DNA of 64,000 nucleotides from Octopus vulgaris (taxonomy: Eukaryota). Positions 41,200-54,405 of the stretch are shown piece by piece. The stretch spans positions 23,932,001-23,996,000 of the forward strand of contig OX597829.1 of assembly GCA_951406725.2 (NCBI GenBank), read 5' to 3'. Below the pieces are notes generated by a model, which saw nothing but the letters and a program-made list of their open reading frames with translations, ran no database searches and was not told the origin of the DNA. The position numbers were made by a program, and so were the translations under genes. Each line of letters begins with the position of its first letter. The stretch's first letter is position 1.

Positions 41200-41482
41200 A
41201 AACAAAAATAATAGTAGTAACTGTAGGGAGACAAATACATATCCATTAAATAAACAATGTTTTATGGACATTGTGTGTAAGTGCTTGGTCATGATGTTTC
41301 CATTACATAAAATGTTGCACAACAGCTTTCAAACTTCGGTTTTATCACCATGTCTCATAATTTAAACATAGGAAATAAGGAAAGTTTGATGTCGCTTAAT
41401 AAGCTAATGTGGCACCTTAAGGATAACAAAACTAAGTATGATTTAGAGTGGTCAATATTGAGCAGAGCATCACCTTACAACA
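41200..41482 (+). mobile_element. Penelope-like GIY-YIG endonuclease relic
   Basis: SNCRETNTYPLNKQCFMDIV (CNCR...CPL...C....IVY motif), then across frameshifts FKLRF..H...FKH...SLNKLMWHLKDNKTKYDLEWSILSRASPYN. Confidence 0.7.
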
Positions 41483-42257
41483 TATGAACAAACTTCACCT
41501 AGAAGTGTTACTCTTAATACTTATGTCTGAGTGTGACATTATAAATAAGATAAGTATTAGCCATATGACGTAAACATTTATAATAAAACATTTAGACTAT
41601 TCTATAGATAACTATGAATCAATCAGGTGAGGTATTGAATCAGATAAAACTCATAAACAATGGTCTGTGAGATTTCGGATGATACATAATTCAAATAGTA
41701 AAGGTAATTTTCTTACTTTCCTCAGTTTTCTTAGTTTCACAGATCTACACTCACATCTATCTATATATTTTTATGAATGATAGAAAGACCCTGATTTTAT
41801 TATATTTTTTAGTTTTGTTGTTGTTACTTTTGTTATTTTTTATGATTTTTTTTTCGTTATTTGTATTTTTCGTTTTCTTTCTGTATTATTGTGTGTTTGC
41901 CCAGATCAATCACATCATTATACAATGGCATTATACTTCTATTACTTTGCCTTCTGTGGGTTTATATTTTCTATACCTCATTGTATTTTAACTTCAATGT
42001 ATATTATGTCTCTTACTTCACTGTATGTTACCGTTTATTTTATTTCATTTTATTTTCTGTGTATTTTAAAGTTATTTTATTACATTTTATTTTGGTTTTT
42101 GTATTTCTTTATTTTTTAGTTTTTTTATCTTAGTTCTTTTATTTTATTTTTTTCATTCTTGTATCAGTTTTTATCATTTTATTTCACTTTACTGCATTTT
42201 GGTTTTAATTTTCTTAACTTTTAAGTTCTTTACTCTCTAACTTGTTTATTCTTTTAA

Positions 42258-42700
42258 CCCTCTAGCATTTAACCCTCTAGTGTTTAAACCAGCCATATCC
42301 AGTCCAAATATTCTACATGTTTTACACTGAAACTGGCCATATCTAGCCTCTCACACCTAACCTACACTGACATTGTAAAAAGTAGACAAGTCACATCACT
42401 GAAACCTCAAAGCTATAAGATAATGCATAATTAAATCAAAACGATTTGAGTGAAAAAGTATTACATTTAACAGAGTAATCTGAACCCTTTAGCATTTAAA
42501 CCAAATATAACCAGCTTAAATATCCTGTTTTATGTTCCAACTGGCCAAATTTGGCCTCTCACACCTACCCTAAAATGTCATTCTAAGTATAAACTATGAC
42601 ATCATTGAAATCTTGAAGCTACAAGATAATTCATGATTAATTCAAAACAATATAAATTAATAAGTATTACATTTGAGAGAGTAATTTGAATGCTAAAGGG
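42258..42700. mobile_element. piggyBac-like MITE, tandem dimer
   Basis: TTAA on both sides, termini ccctctagcatt / aatgctaaaggg, two ~215-bp internal units. Related pieces at ~54660-54735 and ~55572-55729. Confidence 0.75.
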
Positions 42701-42936
42701 TTAAACAGCACATACTTCACATCTTAAATAACTGGGAAGCATAATCTACCTTAGATATGCACATCCCAGCAAAAACCAAGCTAGAAAAATTGTAGTATAG
42801 TATAGTTGCACAGGGCTATAGCAGGAGACACATGCCTGAAATGTAGTAATATGTTGGCATATCGGTATGTGTGTGTGTATACACACACACATGCACACAG
42901 ATAAAAGAAAATAGATGTGTGTGTGTGTGAGAGAGA

Positions 42937-43352
42937 AGAGTGGCTGTGTGGTAAGTAGCTTGCTCCCTAACCACATGGTTCCAGTTTCAGTCCCACTGCG
43001 TGGCACCTTGGGCAGTTGTCTTCTGCTATAGGCAGGGCTGACAAAAGCCATGTGAGTGGATTTGGTAGACAGAAACTGAAAGAAGCCCATCATATATATA
43101 TATACACACATATATATATATATATATATATACCGGAGTAAACACATAAATGTGAAACAAGGTGGAAAAAAGAGTACTCAAATACCAGTGGTAGAGTAAT
43201 ATGCTTTATTTTAAGCAGCAGAAAATTCAACAAAATCTGTTACTCTGAGTTTCTCATTGCCGTTCATCAGACAGTTTTTGCTAGAATGGAACCGATATAT
43301 CAATTCAATTCAGAGTAACAGATTTGTTGAATTTTCTGCTGCTTAAAATAAA

Positions 43353-43415
<63 letters not shown>

Positions 43416-43497
43416 AGTATTTGTCCCTCCAACATTGCTTGACTAAAGGCGGTGCTCCAGCATGGTCGCAGTCAAATGACTGAAAGAAATAAAAGAA
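42937..43497 (+). mobile_element. SINE family A with nested PLE-type fragment (~43130-43355)
   Basis: Head at 42937-43095, tail at 43395-43497. The insert has an inverted repeat 43202-43250 / 43308-43355. Confidence 0.8.
43237..43274 (-). ncRNA. Minimal hammerhead ribozyme motif
   Basis: ctgt-CTGATGA-acg gcaa tga-GAAA-ctcagag-TA-acag. Intact core boxes, helix I ctgt/acag, quasi-palindromic helix III ACTCaGAGT, weakened helix II. Confidence 0.7.
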
Positions 43498-44272
43498 TAT
43501 ATATATACACATATTAATCAGAGTGCACTATATTATATATCCATTATGGCTGATCTTACCAATTGTAGTGGATATTTAATACTGTACACTTCAATTAATA
43601 TACCCATTCCACTAAAAGCTATACGAGTGCATTTTTTCCTAACTTGTGGACTCCTAGATAGCTTACACACACATTAAAGTGGATTGGCCTACAAAGTCCT
43701 GTGCTGGTACCATGTAAAAAGCACTCATGCTGGCATCTCATAAAAGTGGTCATGCTGGTGCCATGTTAAAAGTAACCCAGCATATACTGTAAAGTGGTTG
43801 GCATTAGGAAGGACGTCCAACCATTGAAACTAAACCAAATCAGACTGGAATCTGGTGCAACTCTCCAGCTTGCCAGCTCTGATCAAACTGTCCAACCCAT
43901 GCCAGCATGGAAAACGGATGTTAAAGGATGATGTATGTATGTATGTATATACACACACACACACACACATACACATGGTAATTTTACTCAGGTTATGGTA
44001 AGAGATACCTAAAAAGGAAATGAACCTGGAACCATGTGGTTATGAAACAGACTACTACCCCACCACAGTATTAATGCTGTGTGAACCATAGGCCTTCACA
44101 CTTCCCCAGTTGCCATCGTTGTTATAAATTTTGTTGGATGTTAACAAGATAAAAATTACTCTCACGGACTTGATGGTAAATTTTCTGGATATCAGGTAGA
44201 TTACAACTGTCGGCTGTCAACATTAATTGGAATAATAGAGGGTAGATGGGAGATTGGAAAGAAATAACTCAA

Positions 44273-44306
<34 letters not shown>

Positions 44307-44539
44307 GCGCTTTAAAGTGAAAAAGACAAATATTGGTGACAGACATTCTCGGGAGTTACCCAATTATTGAAGGAAAAATAACAAAAGTAATAAAACAAAC
44401 TGAATAAAATGCACAGTTACAAGAAATATGGATTTAATTTTTTTTGGCATAAAACCAATTTTGTAAAATCTACTAAGAGCATCTGTCATTTTTAATAAAG
44501 ACGATTGATTGATCTCACTCCATAAGGTCAACTAGGAGC

Positions 44540-45830
44540 AGCAAGATTACCTAGGGGCAGTTGACAGTTTTACATTGGCCCTCAGTATTCTACTGGTATT
44601 TACTTTATTGACCTAAAAGGAATGAAAGGCAAAAGTCGACCTCAGCAGAATTTGAACTCAGAATGTAAAAGAGCTGGGAAGTTAGCACATCAGACAAAAA
44701 GAAAAATGCTTAGCAATATTTTTTACTGCTAAGGCAGCGAGCTGGCAGAATCATTGGTATGCCAGGCAAAATGCTAAGCAGCACTTCGTCTGTCTTCACG
44801 TTCTGAGATAAATTCTGCTTAGGTTGACTTTCATCCTTTTGGGCTTGATAAAACAGGCACCAGTTGAACTTTACGCCCTCCCACTGTATTTCAAGTTGAT
44901 ATAATCAACTTTACGCCCCTCCACCAAATTTCAGGCCTTCTGCCTGTAGTAGAAAGGATTATTATTATTATTATTATTATTGAAAATTATAAATAACATG
45001 GGCAGCTAATTCATAATTTTACAACCTAAAGATGGCAAGCTGACAGAATCATTAGCACTCGGGCAAAATGTTTAGTGGTATTTCATTTGTCTTTACGCTC
45101 TGAATTCAAATTCCACTTGGGTCGATTTTGCTTTTCATCCTTTTGGGGTCAATAAATTAAGTACCAATAAAGTACTGGGGTCAATATGATTGACTTTCCC
45201 TCTCTCCCAAAATTTCAGACTTTGTGCCTATAATAGAAAAAATTATTATTATTAAGGCAGTGAGATGGCAGAATCCTTAGTATGCCAGGTTAAATGCTTA
45301 GCATTTCATCCGTCTTCATGTTCTGAGATCAAATTCCACTGAGGCCGATTTTTGCCTTTCATCCTTTCAGGCTTGATAAAACAAGTACCAGTTTAACACT
45401 GGGGTTGATGTAATCAACTTAGCCCCTCCCCCAAAATTTCAGGCCTTGTACCTAAATCTGAAACTGATATTTTCTACTCTAAGCACAAGGCCTGAAACTT
45501 TTGGAGAGGGGACCAGTTGATTAGATTGTCCCCCAGTACACAACTGGTACTTAATTTAGCGACCCCAAAAGGATGAAAGGCAAAGTCAACCTAGGCAGAA
45601 TTTGAACTCAGAACGTAAAAACAGACGAAATTCTGAAACTAATATTTCTTCCAACTATTTACGTTTGGAGTCCAAATTCCATTGAGGTCAACATTGCTTT
45701 TCATCCCTTCGGGCTTGATAAAATATAAAATAAACTACCAGTCAGGTGCTGGGTGTCAACGTTATCAACTTACTGTCTTCCCCTAAAAAAAAATGGCCTT
45801 GTGCTAAAATTTGAAGCTATTAATATTAAC
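44540..45830. mobile_element. Cluster of about six to seven family B SINEs in both orientations
   Basis: Repeated heads and cores. Minus copies at ~44540-44675 and ~45470-45635; plus copies at ~44732, 45030, 45255 and 45660. Confidence 0.8.
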
Positions 45831-46120
45831 TACCATCTTTCACTCCCAGGGGTGGAGATAACAGGTGAAGTTAGTGTTAATGTAATTTGAACACAATACT
45901 AAGATAGACACATTGGAACATTTAGTCTGGTGTTCTACAGAGATGGCTATCTAAACAGCCCCTAATGCCATAACTTCAAGAAATGTAATTAGGAACTAAA
46001 GAATTGGGGCAGAGGTAGTGGTAGTGGCAGCAGTGGGAGTAGGTGTGATAAGAATTATTTGTAAAGGAAAATTGGAATTAATGTTACAGACATAGCTTTT
46101 CCAACAGAAAATAAAATGTG

Positions 46121-46513
46121 TGCGTAGGAGTGGCTGTGTGGTAAGTAGCTTGCTTATGAACCACATGGTTCAGGGTTCAGTTCCACTGCGCGGCACCTTG
46201 GGCAAGTGTCTTCTACTATAGCCTCGGGTCAACCAAAAAGCCTTGTGAGTAGATTTGGTAGACGGAAACTGAAAGAAGCCCATCATATGTATGTGTGTGT
46301 GTATATGTTTGTGTGTCTGTGTTTGTCCCCCCAACATCGCTTGACAACCGATGCTGGTGTGTTTACATCCCTGTAACTTAGTTGTTTGGCAAAAGTGACT
46401 GATAGAATAAGTACTAGGTTTACAAAGAATAAGTCCTGAGGTCGATTTGCTCGACTAAAGGCGGTGCTCCAGCATGGCCACAGTCAAATAACTGAAACAA
46501 ATAAAAGAGTAAA
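46121..46513 (+). mobile_element. SINE family A
   Basis: Colinear with 11062-11460. Confidence 0.9.
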
Positions 46514-48006
46514 ATCTAACTAGGTATGTACATAATAAGGCACTTCTGTGTGGTCCTTCAACATACTAGATATAACAGCCAAATCTCAAATCACTGTGTT
46601 GAAAAAAATTGAAAAGGTATATTTGATAATGTAACATAGTTAACATTATGTCTGGATGGACATGATTGTAATAACTTTGATTGTTGGTCTGTTTAGTAGG
46701 ACTGAGTGGAGCTAAGATCCACAAAGAAGCAACACGCATACTCCACACCACCACCACATCACACAAATACAGATATACTTGCATCACACTCATCCACACA
46801 CATCTGTCACACATACTCACCTCACACACATTCACCCAGTTGCACCACATCACACTACACACTCATACATCTCTCTCTCACTCACACACACACACACACA
46901 CAATCACACATTCACATTGTCTGTGATGAATTTCAGTCTTCCGTTAGTATTCCATTCTGTCTTTACCATTTATTTGTGGCATGCTGACCTAACATTAAGG
47001 ACTTCAAGATTCTCCTCCCATCTCCTCTAACTCTATCACCATTCGTTTTAAATGAAGCAAGAAATTTGATAAGGAAGAATTTGAAGCTGCTACATAAAAC
47101 ATGTTAGATGACTCTACAGAAGCTTCCTTTGTTGGCTTTTATTCCCCAACCCCACCTCAACCGTACCATTTTAAGGATTATCATTAAAAACAGGAAAAAT
47201 AACAAAGAATATACATCCTTTTTTACATTTTACAAACACGAAAGTTTTTTTTAAAGTTATTTTTGGTGAAATTTTAAATTTAAATTCTGAATTGACATAT
47301 GGCTATTTAACATCTATTATATATTTTTTTTTTCTTTGTTTTCTTTCTCTTTTGGAATCCTTGGTGTAACTTTCAACCAAAAGAACATAGTTGCACATGA
47401 ATTCTGTATTTATCTGGCATGTATTTGAGGGATTTCTTAAGATGGCATTCTGTTTCAATCATACCGGTCAGGAAAGGGTTTGTTTTGGTTGCAGTGTTCG
47501 GCAGAGAGTTAGGTACTTCTTAGGAAGGTAAAAATAACATATTTAGCACCAACATCTGGTGACTGTACAGCTGTTGCTACTTATTGTGTGTGTGTGTAGG
47601 GGTTGTGAGGGGAAGTGATAGTGGTGAGGGCTGTGCCATGCAGTTGATATTCCAACCAAACATTCTTTAAAAGATTCAGTTGATATTTACCATGTTATAT
47701 CTAAAATAATAAAGCTCACTATTTTTTTTTTTTCTCCACGTCTTGCCTAAGATTTCATATTCGTATCCCCCCCCCCAAAAAAAAAGAAGTTATTTAATTG
47801 ATTCATGTTGATTCAGTTACTAACGATGACAGCAACAATAACAAGCACCAGCTTATGGACACACTGTGTCCTCCCTCTCTACCTTTGCTACCACTTCTAC
47901 AATGGTCCCTTATACTCTGAAATAGCTGCAGAATATGTTTACCACCCAGGCCTACTCTCCTCCTGACATATCATTTCTGTGCCTTACTCCCAGATGCTGT
48001 ATTAAA

Positions 48007-48225
<219 letters not shown>

Positions 48226-48599
48226 ATCATTCCCCCACAGAAAAGCAGAGTTCTGTTATTCCCCCTTTCACCCATTTTCTCCCTTATAAATGGTCAACTA
48301 TGCTAATTTTGCCTTTTATTATTGTTATTGAGGTGACAAACTGGCAGAATCATTAGCATTCTGGGCAAAATGCTTATCGGTATTTCGTCTGTCACTACAT
48401 TCTGAGTTCAAATTCTGCCGAGGTTGACTTTACCTTTCATCCTTTTAGTGTTGATGAATTAAGTACACTGGGGTTGGTGTAATTGACTAGTCCCCTTCTC
48501 CAAAATGTCATGCCTTATGCCTTTAATAGAATGGGTTATTATTAGTTCAGTCTGAAGGAAGGGGCAGATCCCATAGTCTTCACAGGTTCTCCATGATTT

Positions 48600-48785
48600 G
48601 CAAGATTGATACACTTAATGTTCCACTCAGCTTGTTGAAAGGACACAACTGCAGGAAAGAAATGTTCAAAGAGGGAATCCCAGAAAGATGGCATTCTGGG
48701 AAGGAAGGACTGAGTGAAGTGATTAGTACCAAGCATCAGTGAGGGTAAATGCAGTTTAAGTGATAAACCAGGGCTCGTATTCACT
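48600..48785 (-). mobile_element. CR1/Jockey-group LINE 3' coding relic
   Basis: TNHFTQSFLPRMPSFWDSLFEHFFP matches the SFFPRT...WNSLP..VFP C-terminal motif. Confidence 0.55.
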
Positions 48786-49216
48786 GTGAAGTTTCTTTGG
48801 AACTATGATTTTCACAGTCAATCTCTAGCTTCAAGAATACACATTTTGGGATAATGTGATGTGTAACAGTCATAGAATCAGTACCAAACAACGAAACTTC
48901 TAAATATCAGTTGTATTATCAGATATATCTAAGGTTTTGAAGTAGAGAGACTTACTGTAAAATGCTTGCAGGCAAGAAGGTCAATTCCATCAGTAACCAC
49001 TGTATTTTTAGCCCTAATAATATAGACAGTCTTAATGCCAAACTTTTACTTTCACGTTTGACACTTTTTAATGATGCTAGTACCACAAGAAGGGAGTTTC
49101 TCTTGTAGGGGCTTTCAAGTTCTACATATAGTATAGAGTAACTTTAAGCCAGTAGGAGTTACACTTCCAGCTGTCCAACTCAAGTCATACCAAACTTTAA
49201 AACAATGATGTAGTTA

Positions 49217-50478
49217 TTAGGTTGTCAAGAAAGTTCTTGCAGTTTTTAACCTTTAAATTCAGATGCACATATCTCAGCTCAAGCAAAACTTTATTAATTA
49301 AAATAAACACCATCAGAATCAACACACTTCTGCCAACACGAAACAAGTTTATTTATGCCAGTAGCGTAAAAATCCTGCATTCTGGTGGTGATGAAGTCGT
49401 TGAAGGCGTGTTTGGCATCGTTTTGGTTTTTGAAGCATTTCTCATGCAGAAAGTTGTTGAGATGCTTGAAAAAGTGGTAGTCAGTAGGCGAGCAGTCTGG
49501 TGAGTATGGCAGATGAAGCAGAGTTTTGTAGCCCAATTCGTTCAACTTCTGCAGGGTCAGTTGTGCGACGTGCGGTCGAGAGTTGTCATGGAGAAGAATT
49601 GGTCCTTTTCTATTGACCAATGCTGACTGTTGTTGTCGGAGTTTCTTTTGCATTTCATCCATTTGCTGACAGTACTTCTCTGCCGTAATGGTTTTGCCTG
49701 GATCTAAAATGCTCTGATGGATGAGACTGGCTGCAGATCACCAAACAGTCACCATGACCTTCTTTTGGTGCAACTTTGGCTTTAGGAAGTGCTGTAGAGC
49801 TTTGTCGGCGTCCAACCACTGAGCTGAGCATCACCAGTTGTCATAAAGAATCCACTTTTCATTGCAAGTCACAATCTGGTCGAGAAACAGGTCATTCTTG
49901 TTGTGTAAAAGAAGAGATGACACTTCAAAATGGCCTTTTTTTGGGGTGTCATTCAATTCGTCCGGCACCTATTTCTCAAGTATTTTTGTTTTCCAGTCTC
50001 TTTCAAGTGGTTGGAAATTGTTGTATACGTTATGTCTAATTCAGAAGCAAGCTCTCGAACAGTTGTGCATGGTTTAGCTTTGACTAAGGCTCTTAGTTGA
50101 TTGTTGTCAACATCCGATGGCCAACCACTACGCTTATCATCTTCAAGACTCTTGTCACCGCTATGAAATTTTTTGAACCACCATTAGTGGTTCCTGGGCT
50201 GAATGCATCCTTGATATCGTGAGCTGTTTCAGCAGCTTTTCTGCCTAGCTTGAACTGGAAAGAGAAAATTGTGTGAATTTGCTTTTTGTCCATGTTGTAT
50301 TCAACCTTCTGGAAAAAATGGCTTAATTATTCAAAGAGAAAAAGAGTAGCACAATTAGATAGAGCGAAAAACGGGCTTTAAAATGATATATAAAGTCAAA
50401 GTAATTTAATAAAAATTAATTTGAGAATATATCATTTAAAACCAAAAGTAAAAATTCCGCAAGAAATTTCTAACCTAA
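49217..50478 (-). mobile_element. Near full-length mariner element (cecropia/Hsmar1-like), ~1.26 kb
   Basis: TIRs ttaggttgtcaagaaagttcttgc / gcaagaaatttc-taacctaa with flanking TA. Transposase lies on the minus strand. Confidence 0.92.
49294..50293 (-). pseudogene. Disrupted mariner DD34D transposase
   Basis: MDKKQIHTIFSFQFKLGRKAAETA..., IVTCNEKWILYDN (first catalytic D changed to N), LLHDNSRPH, PYSPDCSPTDYHFFKHL. Split by frameshifts and stops. Confidence 0.9.
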
Positions 50479-50779
50479 TATCTTCTGTTTGTAATGCTGC
50501 AGTTTTACTTGTTGGGACCAGTTTCACCTAAACAAATTTATCTTCTGTTTGTGAAACCGTAGCGTTACCTGTTGGAACCATTTTCACCTATCCCAGGTGG
50601 ACACTGATGCAAGTACATTAAAAAAAAACTGATTCAATAATGCCTGAACAGATGTGATAAGTGACCAGTCTAGAATGTTTTCCTAATGTTTTGAGCTCAT
50701 GATCTTACTGAATATTTTTAAAACTATATATTTGTCATTAGATAAGTACTTAAGTAAATCCCTAGCATACTCAAACTTA

Positions 50780-51005
50780 TAATAATAATGAAATTATTGT
50801 ATAAAGTGCTCAGATGCATTACAACTTGTCAAAAGTGAATATAAAGCATATTCAGTAATGTACAAATGTCTGGGAAGTGAACAGTGTATGAGTCAGATAC
50901 ATGCTTGCGTGTGTATGGAGAGGAGAAAAACAGGTGTAGTGTTGGCGAATCTCAGGAAGCATGGAAGCTTTGAAGGATGCAGTGCTTTGACAACCAACAA
51001 CTTGT
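50780..51005 (-). mobile_element. CR1-like LINE 3' end with (TTA)n tail
   Basis: VVGCQSTASFKASMLPEIRQHYT; same family as 62905-63225. Confidence 0.75.
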
Positions 51006-52099
51006 GGTAAAAGACTAATGTTTAGATAGTTTTGTAACAACTGGAAACCTGCATCACATTTGATGGTTTTGTGCACTCTTTATCAAAATCTACAACTTGG
51101 TCATCTCAGCAACACTCACTCTTTGTCCAAAATTGCAACTTAATCACTTCAGCCACACTCAATCTTTGCCCAAAGCTGGTTTGAAGTCATTAGTTACTTT
51201 TTGTCCAAAATTGCAACTGAGTCACTTCAGTTATACTCAGTCTTTAGCCAACATTGTTACTGAGTTATTTCAGTTATAATTATGCATCAGTCTAAATGAG
51301 GAAACCAACTACATAAACAAAAGCTCCAACCATTTGCCCTCAATTATGAAACACATTACTAGTAATGATAACAGTTCTGTTTCTAAGTTATCTACAGATA
51401 ACACATTTAACAAAGCTGGTGCATGTTGCAACTGTGTACTAAAGAAATGTGACTTATATTATTATTGTTTGAAGCGAAACCAAACTAAAACTTGCAGATG
51501 TAGAAAAAAATCATATAGTTCAGTATGAACATACCTACTAATACAGCTTGACACTTCTCAATTCTGATAGTTAACTGTTTCCCAGTAGCCCATTGATACT
51601 ATGAGATATTTAGTTGTACTACTGTGAAAGTTATAGTTACTTAAGTAGTATTGGATCACATATTTTTTTGGTCATGATAAGAAATATAGAACCTTTGACC
51701 TCACTCCTCACCCCAGTCGCAAGTTTTTGTTACTTCAAATCTACCGATAACTACCCTTTGGACGAGAGGTACCTAGTGAAAGGGCTTGTGTACAGAGCCA
51801 ATGTCTCTAATGTTGATTAAATACTGAAAATTATGTTTCAGCCTTACCAGGAATACACATTGTTTCATTCAGGAATAGAAAAAAAATGTGCTCTATCTCA
51901 CCTCCAAAATTTGTCTGGAGACTGAAAGTTCAGTGTAAGGAACTCATCTATTAGACTGATTTTTTTTTTGTGTGTGTGTGTGGGGGGGGTAAGAGCGATA
52001 CAGGTACAATAGACATAGAAATAGATGCAATTTATGCATTACATAAAAGCTAAAGCAACTAACCTTCTCAGCAAAAAATTATTAAAATCTCTTCAAACT

Positions 52100-52430
52100 G
52101 AGTGGCTGTGTGGTAAGTAGCTTGCTAAACAACCACATGGTTCCGGGTTCAGTCCCACTGCGTGGCATCTTGGGCAAGTGTCTTCTGCTATAGCCTGTCG
52201 TATATATGTATATATATATATATGTATGTATGTGTGTTTGTGTTTGTCCCCCTAGCATTGCTTGACAACCGATGCTGGTGTGTTTACGTCCCCGTAACTT
52301 AGCGGTTCAACAAAGGAGACCGATAGAATAAGTACTGAGCTTACAAAGAATAAGTCCCGGGGTGAATTTGCTCGACTAAAGGCGGTGCTCCAGCATGGCC
52401 GCAGTCAAATGACTGAAACAAGTAAAAGAG
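52100..52430 (+). mobile_element. SINE family A (5' truncated, ~55-bp internal deletion)
   Basis: tatagcc|tgtcgta junction relative to the 11062 copy. Confidence 0.88.
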
Positions 52431-53295
52431 TTAACTGCAACTCTTAAAGCTCATTTTCACTGAACATCAACTATAACCTCACTGTCGTCTCTCTGCTTGG
52501 TTCTCCCCCCCCCCCCCCTTTATTCAGCCCCATCACATACACCCTACCACATTAGCAACTACATCACATTTCCCTTTCCGTTACAAAGGTGTTTTTTTTT
52601 TTTTTTCTTTCTGATTCTTAGTTATCAATTTGTGATTCAATGAAGTCTATTGGTAATTGTTCTGTTAAAAATTTGTCAAAACACAAAACAAAGATTTCCA
52701 AAATACCACTGTGATAGCCATTGCTAAATAATATCATCCCATATGGGTGGTTGTTTTGCTAACGTCACCCTCTAGGGGTGAATGTATTGCTAGCATCATC
52801 CTGTAGGGCTGAGTTTATTACAATTGGGAGAAATATGACAGAAGAATGAAGTACATGCTGGTTGGTGGATTGCATGGGAGATAACTCTTTTACTATGAAA
52901 CAGGAGCTCTTGGTTTATCTAATTTAATATCATTTTACACATTTTCTGAAGTTTGTTTTACATTGGCACCAATATTTACCTGGTACTCATTTTATTAATG
53001 TGTATGTGTGTGCGTATATGTGTGTGTGTGTATATATATATGTGTGTGTGTGTGTATGTATGTCAAGGGTGCTGAGCTGGCAGAATCGTTAGCATGCCGG
53101 GCGAAATGCTTAGCAGTATTTTGTCTGCTGTTACATTCTGAGTTCAAATTCCATCAAGGTCAACTTTGCATTTCATTCTTTCGGGGGTTGATTAAATAAC
53201 TACCAATTACTCATTGGGGTTGATGTAATCGACTTAATCCCTTTGTCTTGTCATTGTTTGTCCCCTCTATGTTTAGCCCCCTGTGGGCAATAAAG

Positions 53296-53332
<37 letters not shown>

Positions 53333-54350
53333 TTATCATCATTATTATTATTATTTTGAAAAGGGTAATTAGTCAATATCATCAACTCCCGTATTTGACT
53401 GGTACTTTGTTTTATGAGTCCCTCTGGTGGTGGAGGGATGAAAGGCAAAGCTGGTTACTGTCACTACTAACTACTACTGGTGATGTTCTTTTTATTAACC
53501 ACCAAGTCTTGACAAAAATATTGAGGATGGTACTTGACAAAACAAGGTGTATAAATTGTATTAAAAAGTTAAATATCACAGGTGCAAGTGTGGCTGTGTA
53601 GTAAGTTTACATCCTAACCACATGGCTTCTGGTTCAGTCCCTCTGCATGGCACCTTGGGCAAGTGTCTTATACTATAGTCTTTGGGTGACCAGAACCTTC
53701 CGAATAGATTTGGTTGATGGACACTGAAAGAAGAATGTTGTTGACAGTGACTTCAAAGTTTTGGCTATCTAAGCCATTGCCATTGTTCTCTACAGAAGTA
53801 TAAGAGCAACCCATCAGAATAATATAAAATTACTTTTATTGTAACTAAACATAAAAACAAACATTAATGTGCGTGTGTGTGTGTGTGTGTCCGTCCGTCT
53901 GTCCTCCACCACTGCTTGACGACTTCTTACATAAATATTACAGTGCAAGGTTTTGAATTTCAGTATGAATGCTATAAAATATGAAGTTTTGTACCACAGT
54001 ACCAGAGGTGATAATAAAAGGGTTAAATAAAAACTAAATGATGTAGGAATTAACATTCCTGCAGTATTTAGTTATGTCCCTTTATATTTGAAGTTCAAAT
54101 CATACCAGACTTGGCTTTATTTTTCATATATCTAAAAGCTTGTGAATATATTTGTGAACAAGTCATGTATCGAATATTGGTTTTATTGATTACGCTTTCT
54201 CTTTTGCAGGATAGATATCTTCTGCTAATCTCCAAAATTATAAATCATTGTAGTAACATTTTTATTTAAAAATCTTTTCTTTTTTTTTTTTAAACAAATA
54301 ATAAAAAATTTTTCTTTTTCATTATTTTCCTTTTTTTTTTGTATTTTCAG

Positions 54351-54405
54351 TGCTCTTCAGTCTGATCCTTCTAAAGACATTTGTACCAATGAAAATGATT
54401 CTTTG
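54351..54405 (+). CDS. Internal coding exon B (55 nt)
   Basis: Long polypyrimidine tract ending gtattttcag, donor TTG|gtgagt. Reads T-ALQSDPSKDICTNENDSL. Phase 2 in and phase 0 out, linking exon A to exon C in frame. Confidence 0.8.

Noticed and set aside
43683-43702. Match to miR-193 (tggcctacaaagtcc)
   Set aside because: No convincing precursor hairpin. A similar gattggcct segment precedes the same repeat module at ~59545, so it is repeat-derived.
47856-47880. Partial match to miR-1994 (tgtgtcctccct)
   Set aside because: The seed region differs and there is no precursor stem.
50479-51250. Short tandem duplications (60 bp x2 at ~50479-50590; ~78 bp x2 at ~51120-51250)
   Set aside because: Ordinary slippage-type duplications with no sign of function.
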